Assembly: GCA_030265395.1 (NCBI GenBank)
Contig: JARFYF010000046.1
Location: 14,808,082-14,872,081, forward strand
Source of the DNA: Rhina ancylostomus
Lineage: Eukaryota
DNA: 64,000 nucleotides
Direction: 5' to 3'
Shown here: positions 40,347-51,023 of the stretch, piece by piece
How positions within the stretch are numbered: the first letter of the stretch is position 1
Layout of the letters: every line of letters begins with the position of its first letter
Made by a program: the position numbers and the translations under genes
The notes under the pieces: generated by a model
Database searches by the model: none
What the model saw: the letters and a program-made list of their open reading frames with translations, nothing else
What the model was told of the DNA's origin: nothing

Positions 40347-40450
40347 ATTATTATGTTGAGTGTTAGACTCAACATAATAATGTTGTAGAGTAATGTTAGA
40401 GTCTCTTTAATGTTAGAGTTTAATGTTAGCCTCTTTTAATGTTAGCCTCT
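40347..40450. repeat. Perfect 15-bp hairpin followed by short TAATGTTAG repeats
   Basis: ATTATTATGTTGAGT-gttag-ACTCAACATAATAAT (40347-40381); TAATGTTAG four times in 40391-40450. Confidence 0.85.
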
Positions 40451-42689
40451 TATATTCGAGTAATATTTTGACTTTAAGGATGATGTGGATTTCCCTTCTA
40501 AGAAAACTGTGTAGGACAGTAGTTGAGAGCAAGGGGTCATAAATTTCAAACCAATAAAGAGGCAGCATGGTGGGCGCCAATTTAATGAGCAGTAATGTGC
40601 GTATTTAATCATTAATACAAAGGATAAACCTATTGAAAGGCTCAGCAAGGAGTATGTCCTATTATTGGTAATATAAGTATTGACAGAAAATACATTTCAT
40701 GAGAATACACATTCTGCTTCTTCTTTTATCTGCATAAGTGAATTATGAACAATTTTGTGACAACAGCTCTTCCTTAAGAGTTCAGTTGCTGTCAGTGGAA
40801 TGAATCCTGCAGCCCAATAGAATACAGTCTCTGGTCATAAAGTCTCATTTCCCTCCAGCTCCTTCTTGTTACTCTGGAAAATGCATGTTTTTGAAACACA
40901 CCAATAACCTTCTTAACTGGTGAGAGGGGTTAATCTCTAAAATAAAATCAGTCCCACCAAATTTAAAGCCAGAAAAATGTTAGGATTTAACACTTCAAAA
41001 CCTCACCCAATCCTATTATTGGGTTTACAATTTCCCTCAGCAGAGACTGAAACAGGAAGTGTCAGTTGGAACATTTGTTATAAAGCTATGAAGAGAAAGA
41101 AAAATAGAGGGAAGGAAATAAAGGTAGGATTCAGGGAGAGTGTTTTGATCATGAGTCTATTGGAGTGCACTGGTATAGCAATGCTAGTGGAGAAGCAAAT
41201 TAAATCAGACAGCAACTTCCTAATTTCTGGATTTAACTCCACAAGCACAGAATCTGCAGAATGACATCAAATTTACTCCTAATGATGGAGTTCAGACCTA
41301 CTCTCTGCTATTCCTACCAAAAATATATTTGCTTTTATTGCTTTTGAGTCTAACTATTCCTATCTCTTGAAGTAAAGGACTAGACATATTCATATTGTGA
41401 ATATCTGAGTGTGTTATTTTCCTTTTTTAAACATTTCAGGACTGGATTATGAGGGACCATGATTACTCACAGAAGACCATACAAGGTGAATGCTTGATTT
41501 TTATAGACCTAATTAGATGATTTTCCAACACTAATAGAGACAGAATAGTAGACAAGAAAGTAAGAGCTTTTGTCACCCTCCTCCCTATGAGTAATTGCAA
41601 GCTGACAATAATTAACAGGTGAGGAGTGCAATTTTCTTAGACTTGTGACATCAACAATATTAGATAACACAACAACTCTTGAAGATGTAAGAAAGATCAT
41701 TAAAAATATTCCTATTGGAATAGGTATAACTCACTTTAGACTGAAACATGGAGGAAATCAAGTTACATGCAGGTGTTGTAAGTCTCCTTTATGGCAGTAA
41801 TTAGACTTCATTGGCAGGTTGCTTTTTCAGATCAATGATCCCACATATTTTCTCATTTTAGCTTAAATATTTTATGAAAATAATTGATTAAATATAACAA
41901 GAAATCAGGCAATATTGTCCCTATTGGCTATTTTAACAACAGACATCAAGGTAGGAGTAAAGGAATGGTTGCCTCTAAATTGAATCATGTAGTGTTTGTT
42001 TTATTTTAGGTGTTAATCCTGAAAATTTTGATTTTACCCAGAATCGTTTTTGGGTGAATCTTCACTAATCATGTAATTGGAATCCAATTGCAATCCAAGT
42101 TAGTATGATGATATTTTCTCAGTATCACATGTGCACCTGATGACATCATCATTCATGTAACACTCAAATTGATATTAATTGGAGCACAAAGCTCCAAAGA
42201 CTGTGGTGGAACAATCTTAATAGAACTAGGGGCCCATTAGAGTAGTTTTCTTGCTAATTAAAGAGATACACTGCTGATATGGTGAAATGTCACCACGTAG
42301 CTTCAGAACTGACAATTGGCTGCTCAAATACAGCAGTGTGTGGTTAAACTTACAGTGAGTAATTTCTCCAGCATTTTGCTGCTGAGGTTCTCAGTCTATG
42401 AGTCGCTCAGCAGTGACATCACTGGCAACATACCATTAATGCAAACATCATGATAGCCATCATTGGGCATTCATAATGGATCAGGATGGGAGCAAAGACA
42501 TTTGTGAACAGCTGATTCCCACANNNNNNNNNNNNNNNNNNNNNNNNNNNNNTAAGTTTTTCAAGACTCATCCTGGAGAAGTGATATTCTGGAAGATTTT
42601 GGCCATTTATATTGTCCTATACTGAAGTGGGCCAATCAGCTCATCAGATTCATACTGGTTTCCAACAGAGCAATCTCATTCCCTCCTCA

Positions 42690-43240
42690 TTTCCCTATGG
42701 CCCTCCCATACCTAGACTGCTCCTTCTGTGTAAGTCAAGGTCACATTGACTCTCAACTTTCTTACCACAGGATCATTCCAAGTGGCTGCAGCAGATCTCT
42801 GCCAATTCACTGTTGCATCAGTGCAGTCATCAAAGTAATATATTCACCAAGAAATAAGTTCACCCCTATCAGTTTATTGAAGAAAAGTTGGCATCTTGGG
42901 AACTGTTATTTGTCAGCATTATTAGCTTCCAGTGACTGCAAGCAGCGACTGACACAATGTACAGCTGGTTGTAGATTGTGAGAAAGATTTCATCTCCTGA
43001 ATGCCATGTTTCAGGAAAGCACATGATTTCTTCATCCTCAGGGAGTCCACACTGCTGGACTTTTTCAGTGGCCAGCACTCCGTTAATGAACAAGATATTA
43101 AAAACAAGGTATTAACAGAACAAATTTTGGATGCAGATTACAATGCTGGGATGTTTGAAAAACATGGTATTTTTAGCACTACTGACAGAGATCATGCAAC
43201 TCAGCTCATTGCTTTGATTGAGCTATGTCAATTCATACGA
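42690..43240 (+). mobile_element. Decayed PIF/Harbinger DDE transposase remnant
   Basis: Across frameshifts: VKVTLTLNFLTTGSFQVAAADLC (from 42734), IHCCISAV..RNKF, NVQLVVD, HDFFILRESTL. These match Harbinger/HARBI1-type motifs in the expected order. Confidence 0.8.
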
Positions 43241-43272
43241 GAGCAAGCAGTAATACTGAATGCTTTATGAAG

Positions 43273-43470
43273 GCAGAAAATGCTTGAATATTCAGCAGGG
43301 CAGGCAGTATCTATGGAAAGAAAAACTGAGTTTTCATTTCAGGTCAAAGACTCTTCATCAGAAGCACCCTTTAAACTGAAACATTAACTTTATTTTTTCA
43401 CAGATACTGCCTGAACTGCTGAGTATTTCCAGGATATTCTGTGCATTTTAGATTGCCAGTATCTGCAGTT
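43273..43470. mobile_element. Best-preserved palindromic Penelope-type element with hammerhead-like core
   Basis: Arms CAGAAAATGCTTGAATATTCAGCAGGGCAGGCAGTATCTATGGA and CACAGATACTGCCTGAACTGCTGAGTATTTCCAG; minus strand 43337-43361 reads CTGATGA-AGAGTCtttGACCT-GAAA. Confidence 0.8.
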
Positions 43471-43804
43471 CTTAAAAAATTTTTAATGTATTATATGGTT
43501 GCATCAGCTTCTGCATTGACTTCAATGGAAAAACTTTGGAAGCAGAGTACAAAGCACACATGGGGCTATCACCCAAGGATAAACTTCTAGGCATCTCCAT
43601 CACTAATATTTATCCTAGTGGAAATTCAGTGAAGTTTCCAGGGCAGACTCTTCCAGGAAAATGTTTTGTTAATCATGTTTCAANNNNNNNNNNNNNNNNN
43701 NNNNNNNNNNNNNNNNNNNNNNNNNNNNNNNNNNNNNNNNNNNNNNNNNNNNNNNGAATTCTGTCAAATAAGAGAATAATTATCATAACAGAAACTCGAA
43801 CAGC

Positions 43805-43890
43805 ACAAGAGGTCAACAGCCTGAAATCTGTTTCTTTTTCCATAGATAATGTTCAACCTGCCAGGCATTTCCAGCATCTTCTGTTTTTAA
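43805..43890 (+). mobile_element. Right arm of palindromic Penelope-type element
   Basis: CCTGAAATCTGTTTCTTTTTCCATAGAT..ACCTGCCAGGCATTTCCAGCATCTTCTGTTTTT. Confidence 0.6.
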
Positions 43891-46800
43891 GGCAGTTTCC
43901 TGGGACCCATGATATTTTCTTAACAGAATAATTGTGCTACAAAAAGAACAAACCATGTAGCCCGCAGGGAAAACTAGGCAGGTATACTCACCGTGTAGGT
44001 TGGGCTCCAGCCATCAATATCTGCAGAGTCAGTGCTCACAAAGTGTTAATACAATAAATCCATAAAACAGATAACAGGAATCATCATTAGTCATGCCTCA
44101 TTGGATCAGTAAAGTTCCTCAGTCAAGTCTGTCCTGAGTCGATCATTAGCCCCTGACCAACACCAACATGCTACATTACTTTAAAAGAAACAGATGGCCT
44201 CTGGGCAGTAAAATAAAAGCCCGCATTCAGCAGGTCAATAGACAGCTCCATGTTAGAAGGTTAGGGTCAAACTAACAAGGAGATATGCCCAAATCTTTGG
44301 GGTACCTCTGGACCAGTGAAACCTGGTTAATCCACATAGAGTCAGACAAGTCATTGGTAAGTTAATCTATGCCTCATTGATTAAAATTACTGCATAATCA
44401 CATTTTATAATTGTGTGCAGATGACTGAATAGATGGATACCTTGCATATGCTTTTGAGTCAGTTTGATTATAATGGAGCTCCTGGAAATAATTCCTGTTA
44501 AGTTTGTGAATGAATTTATCTACCCTTCCAATTTAATTGTAACATCTTTATTTCCCTTGAATTGTTGGCCATGTCTACAAATGAAGATGATTCCCCTGTA
44601 AAGGTTAACAATTTTGTTACATATTCTACCAGGGAGAAATCTTCTCACCATTATCCAGAGATATTCTTCTCTGATTACTTGAAAGAAGTATTTGCTAAAC
44701 ATTAGCCACTGGTTAAACATCCAGTGGAGGTGCAGATCGTGGGAAAAGTGACTAAACATGATGTCTTAGTCTTCATGGACTGATGCAACTAGTCTTTTTC
44801 CTGCCAGATTTACTTATTCATATGTATGGTTGTTCCCAACATGTTCTTATTATGAAAAGGTAATCATAATGAATTGTAAGGTAGAAATTAGCAAAATTAT
44901 ATTATGGCATAAGAGCTAGATAAAAATTCTGCCAGTATGAACACATCATGGTAAAATAGTCATTACCCTCATCCCTAATCTTTTTTTGTGTCTGACCAGA
45001 CTAAGTGGTTAAGCACCATAATGTTCTAATTGACATCATAATAACTTTCTTATATTTATGGTGATATAAGTATTAGTAGCATGATATCAGCATTGTCTGA
45101 TGTCACCTGCATACCCATCAATTATCATCTGCATTGCCTTTTGTCATTAACAGTGAATCCTAACAACTGGCTGCAGTGTAACCTTTAGAGGTGATGATAT
45201 TTACATTGGTCATTCAGAGTCAGCACTTTGATTTCAGAAAACCTACCATATAAATGGCTTCTGATTTTAAGTGAGCTTTCTAGACTAATGAGATGGTTCT
45301 GTTTTCTTAGTTAATAATTGCAACTTCTGTTTTTTTTAAAAATGGGATAACTGATCTGTCTAGAATCCAGTTGCCAATTGATTTTATCTTGAATAAGAAG
45401 ATATCTTTGCTAGTTCAAGACCTGTTGTCACTTTTGTGAAACCATATTTAATCCCATGGCAACCTTGCCTCTTGTGATACAACATGCTTGGAGACAGATA
45501 TGGAGCAACTCCCTGTTTGTTGCCTGGTACAACACCACCTTTTCCAGGAGTTGCAGGTGGTGTATTGACTACACATCTGCAATACACCACTTGCAATAAA
45601 ATGTGAAGCAAAGTTGAGCTGTTAATATATTGGACTACATTTCTGAGTCACTCTGAACTAACGACTCTGTGAAATACTAATTAGCCCCAACATTTGTTAT
45701 AAGAAGGAAAGTATTCAGCGTCCTGGAAAGAAAAGAGTTTACATTATTTTAGTTAAGTCAAAATAATGGGATCTGAGGGCATATTAGCCAATCACAGAGA
45801 ACCTTTCAATATTTGTGATCTGAGCTAATCTTCACTTTAGACTGTGGTGATGTGGAAAGTTGCAGAGAAGGAGTCAGACAGAAATGAAATATCACAACCC
45901 AAATACACCTTAGTCAACACTTGCTGCCTTTTTAAAAACTTTTTTACAAGAATTATGTAGCAATGAAGCATACAAAAGAATGCAGTACAAATTAAAATGA
46001 AAGCAATGTGTCAAAACTAATCTTCTAATCTCCCTGTTGATTTTATTTTATTTATTCTTTTTTCCACACCCACAGAAGGAAGGTGAAATAGTTGCAATGA
46101 GTGCGGCTGTTTTGCCTTTCAGCTTGAAGATTTACAACATCTTCATTGGTGAAAACCATGGCTTGTTGTCTAACACACAGAGGAAAAAATCCATTTAATC
46201 AATTAACCTTTAAAAGCAAATTGCTACAAGTTATAGCACAAAGATAATCATCTGCTCTATCAAAGATCATTTCTAGGTTAAGGAACACAAGAGCAGCAAT
46301 GCCTACAATTTATTGACCAAATGCAGAAATATCAATAAGCTTCCCTGGAGAGAGCAAGCTTCAATCTATTAGCTAGTAATTTCACAATACCTTGTACTTA
46401 AAAGCGAACGGGTGTAGTTACTGTAGCTCAGAGGGAAGTTACCATGTTTACAGATGAATGATATTAACGGATGATTTAAATTTTCCCTGATGGTGTCTGT
46501 TGTTTCCTTAAAATATCTAAGAAATATTTTCTGGTAAAGCTCATGTTTAAAAAACAAATAAGCCCCACAAAAGGTGGTTTATCTAAAGACATGTACAACT
46601 GGGAAGGCACGTTGGGAAATCTGGCAGGATGCCATTCTAAATGATTCACACATATTTTAACCACAAACTCTACATCCTCTCTTTTCTGGGCACCAGCCAT
46701 ATCTCTGGTTCAGGACAGGCAGAAAATTCATTGACTTATGTAAAAGAAGGGAAAGGAAGGTGCCATGACATTTTGTCACCCATAAGCATGTTGGACACCA

Positions 46801-48606
46801 AGATTTCCAGTAGTGCTGAACAGGTTTGCATATATTTTCTGTCATGGACCAAGGTTGGGTTTGGGTAATGGGAGAGGTTGAAAAATGGAGCTGGGGAGAA
46901 GGGGAAGAAAAGAAAGTATGGGCCAGGATGGGGCAAGTGGATCATGTCAGATGGGCAAGTGTTGGAGCAGATTCTGTTGGATGAAAGGCAAGTATGGACC
47001 TTTCTTTAGTGGGGGTTCCTTCATGTACAAGACTACAAAGACCAAGTCATTTAATAAAATGCCCAGTGAAAGGCGATCCTGAGTCATCATGGAATAATTT
47101 CCACTGCCATGTACTAAAAGAAGTATTACATGGATATGGCAATAATTTGACTTGCACCTGTTGTAGAAAATGCAACTGGTGCACAAAGCTGACTTATTCC
47201 ATGAAGTGTGTGAATAAATTTTTGAAATGATGCAAATTGATCCAGAAATGGTCACCATCGCATTTCAGTCTGTGGCAAATACATCCTCAGTGAGGTATTG
47301 CTGAGGTAATTCGTGCTTGACATCAAACTTCTGCATCCAAATTCCTTGTGCAGCCAAGAAAACCTGAAAGAAAGGAAGACTTTAGAAGAGCTGAAAACTG
47401 AAAGCACACAAAAAAGTCCTGAGATTTTTGAAGAATTAAGCTTTACATAAGTTCTTGCATTTTTGTTTTCTTTCTCTGCTGGCTCATGAGCTTTTGAGAG
47501 ACCTTTACCCTGATGTGTGCTCTAACCTTCAGAGTTCACGAGGAATTATAAGCCATTAATGGGGCTGTGGATTCCCTAAATGTGGTGGAATTTTAACTCC
47601 TGTTTGAACAGTTTCCTGTACAGATTGAGGCAAGGAATGAAGCAGTGGTAGCTGCAACCTGGGTATAAGTAAGTAACTGCAATATGCCAGTCGAGACCAC
47701 AAGGGTGGGTGGAGCATAGTTGAGAGGGTTGAGGTTGATTGTGGTGGAATTGCAAGGTGAAAGAATGAGGGTGGATTGCAGAAAGAGATTGGAAAGTAAA
47801 TATTTTAATATTCTTTACACTTGTAGCCAGTGTCAGATCCCAACTTGGATAAATCTGGGCAAGAGTAACAAAAATCAAAAGTTCAATGTTAATGGGGGAA
47901 GATTAGGGAGAGGCAGAAGGATTTAGAGGTCAGGGACAGCTGACATGTAGCACAGACCTAGCTTGTGTTGAAGCAGCTATGGTTACCTGTAGCCTGAAAT
48001 TTGACTGCATTATCTTGCAGGAATACGATCCTAACCAATTTTTCCTTAACATCATCTGCAAGAAGCAGCAGAAGACTCTTACTCATGTTGCAGGAGGTCT
48101 CCCAGCCTCCATTTGGGACCTTCTGATTACATCTCTACTAACATTTGTAGTTTACTATTTGTAGAACGATGGCCCATTTTGAATAGTTTCCCTTGGGTTT
48201 ACTAGTCAGGCCGTTGCTACGTTGCCACATGAAGCAGCTATTGCAATGATTTCTTTCAGCTCCAGTCTAACATTTTAATGATCAGAACCACACGTCAGGT
48301 TAGAATTTTTCAAGTCAAGCCCCAATTCAGCACCGTTTATTCACTGAATGAAACCAGTGTACAGCATCTCTGAACTTGTCCATGATATTGTTCCAATGTT
48401 TAATCCATTATCCAGTCTGTTAACTTCAGGCTCGTTCTACTTTTTGCTTAGGGTACTCTTCTGTCTTTATTCCATAATATTCACTGTGCTACCCTAATTA
48501 TGTTCATCACTTCCTCAAAAAAACTCGATCAAATTTGAGGTCCTGTCTCACAAATTTGATTGATTGAGTTCTTTGAGGAAGTGACAACATGATTGATAAG
48601 GGTAGG

Positions 48607-49425
48607 TGTTACGAACCAGCAACAAAAGAAACACGATGAGTCATGTATCAGTGCTAAAAACTACTTTATTAATAACTACTAATGATAATAAGAAAAATAA
48701 AAATGAAAATGTTAGAGTGTTAGAAGTAAAAATGTTAAATCTTAAACATTAACCCCAAATACTAAACTCGTAGTGTGTGTGTGGCAAATTCCCAAACTCC
48801 AAGTCCAGGAATGGTTCTTAAAGTTCAGTTCAGCAAGCCATATAAGGTGAAATGTGAGCAAAGGTTTCTTCAACCACCATTGACTAAAGATAAAATGTAG
48901 ATGTAGAGAAAAAATAAAGAGTAATTATGAAATCCAAATGTTCCACTTTGGAACCCAAACGACACCTCAGTGTTTACTCAGCAGTGACCACTCCACCGCA
49001 TCTTCCTTGCCCCAAAAGGCTCTCGAATCATGGCCGTCCCCACAAATACCTGTTTCCTTCTACAGGTCAACAACAAAGTGAACTCCACGGCTTTGTTCCG
49101 AAGTATCTGCCTCCCCGAAAACATCTGAGATGTGGCCGTCCACACATACCTGTTTCCCTTGAAGGTTAAAGACAAAGTAGACTCCTCCGGATTACTCCAA
49201 AAATCCATACATGGATTGTAGTGACAGACACAGTTATTGTTTCTCATCCAGCGATAGAGAAACTAGCAGGCCGGTCTCTCTCCCTCTCTCCCTCCTCTAA
49301 CTGACTGCTCCAAAAAAAGTCATTACATCCTTTACCTTCTGTTGATGTAAGCACGCCACAAACACACACAGACACACTACTGTATCTTAAAGGAACATTG
49401 ACCAATAGTAACCTAATCTGTAACA
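48607..49425 (-). mobile_element. LTR (819 bp), Gypsy-like
   Basis: Termini TGTTAC..GTAACA, minus-strand AATAAA near 48665, internal ~107-bp tandem duplication, second copy ending at 51023, 4-bp TSD TAGG around the pair. Confidence 0.85.
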
Positions 49426-49858
49426 GCTGTTTAGGCTGAAGGTTGCGAGTGATGAGGAGGTACTGGCTGGTACCACTAAGGAATGGAAAAGTGTTGGGGT
49501 AAAAGTTATGTTAATTTTTTTGAGGGGTATAAAAGGTGGCATCTTCTTTGTGCAGCTGGGACCTTCCATTAGGCTGGGTCGCGACCAGTGCTACGACACA
49601 GACAAGTCTGCGTGAAAGACTGTCGAACACCTGAGGTTCCCTCTGGCGTTATGTAGATCAGTTCATTGATCGGTTGATAAGTATTATTTTGTTTCCTTCT
49701 GTATTTTAAGTATTCTTCTTTCTTCTGTATCTTATTCATATAACTCTAATAGTTTCTATAACCTTTAACACGTGTACAGTGCCTCCTTTGTTTGTGAATA
49801 CCTCTTGCTGCTGAATCAGGAAAGAACAAGGAACGAATTTTTAAATATTTTCATTACA
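49426..49858 (+). mobile_element. Probable truncated LTR of a different family
   Basis: TATAAAA at 49528-34, CpG-retaining R-like segment, T-rich U5-like segment and a ..TTACA end; no PBS follows. Confidence 0.4.
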
Positions 49859-50556
49859 ACTTCTCTTGGTTTCACCGCTGTTCAGCACTATAATGTGGGG
49901 TTTGGGCTACACCCTAACTGGTTAGTTGAGTGTCAGCCACACCAGTTCCATGTGTTGACAGATCACCTAGATCCTACAGTCTCCCTTATTTCCATCTGTT
50001 GGATGTGATCAAAGGTGCTATCTTCCCCTTTTTGTTTGCTTCTACAGCTCTCCTCAGCCGAGAGATTTTCCTTTGGCAACAAACTCATTGCTAAGAGTGA
50101 TGCCATTGGAGGGGCTGGGATTCGTACCATTCTTGGCAGCAACAGCGAAGCAGCAGTTCATCTCAGATTCCTGGGACAGCAGCACACAACCTGAGCAAAT
50201 GTCTTTGTATGAAGAATGGGAGGTTGCATAGCTCTGAATGTTCTGACTGAAGAACCAAGAGCACTATAATAAATTGGTGCATTGTGGTGAGGCACTAATC
50301 TGTGTACCATTGTGTGTTTTCAGCCTTATAAGGAAGGGGCATTGCTGGATCCGGTTGTATGCAATGTATGGGGGGGGGGGGCCGTGAGGCAACATGTAGA
50401 TGGACCAAATTATTATAAAGTTTAGATTAGTTGTGAAATAGGACAGGGAGCAATCCNNNNNNNNNNNNNNNNNNNNNNNNNNNNNNNNNNNNNNNNNNNN
50501 NNNNNNNNNNNNNNNNNNNNNNNNNNNNNNNNNNNNNNNNNNNNNNNNNNNNNNNN

Positions 50557-51023
50557 TATGACACCTCAGTGTCTACTCAGCAGTGACTACTCCACCACAT
50601 CTTCCTCAGCCCGAAAGGTACTCAAATCATGGCTGTCCACACAAATACCTGCTTCCTTCTACAGGTCAACAACAAAGTGAACTCCACTGCTTTGTTCTGA
50701 AGTATCTGTCACCCCGAAAGGCATCCAAAACGTGGCCGTCCACACAAATACCTGTTTCCCTCTACAGGTTAACAGCAAAGTGAACTCCACCGGATTATTC
50801 CAAAAACCCATACGTGGATTATAGTGACAGACACAGTTTCTGTTTTTCATCCATTGATAGAGACTAGCAGACTAATGTCTCTCTCTCTCTTCTCCTCCGA
50901 CTGACTTCTCCAAAACATCGTTATGTCCTTTATCTTCTGTTGATGTAAGCATGCCACACACATGCACACACACAATGCCCTATCTTAAAGGGACATTCAC
51001 CAATAGTAACCTAGTTTGTAACA
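50557..51023 (-). mobile_element. Second copy of the LTR (left part lost in N gap)
   Basis: Aligns by eye to about 48958-49425 with many substitutions; ends GTAACA followed by TAGG. Confidence 0.85.
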
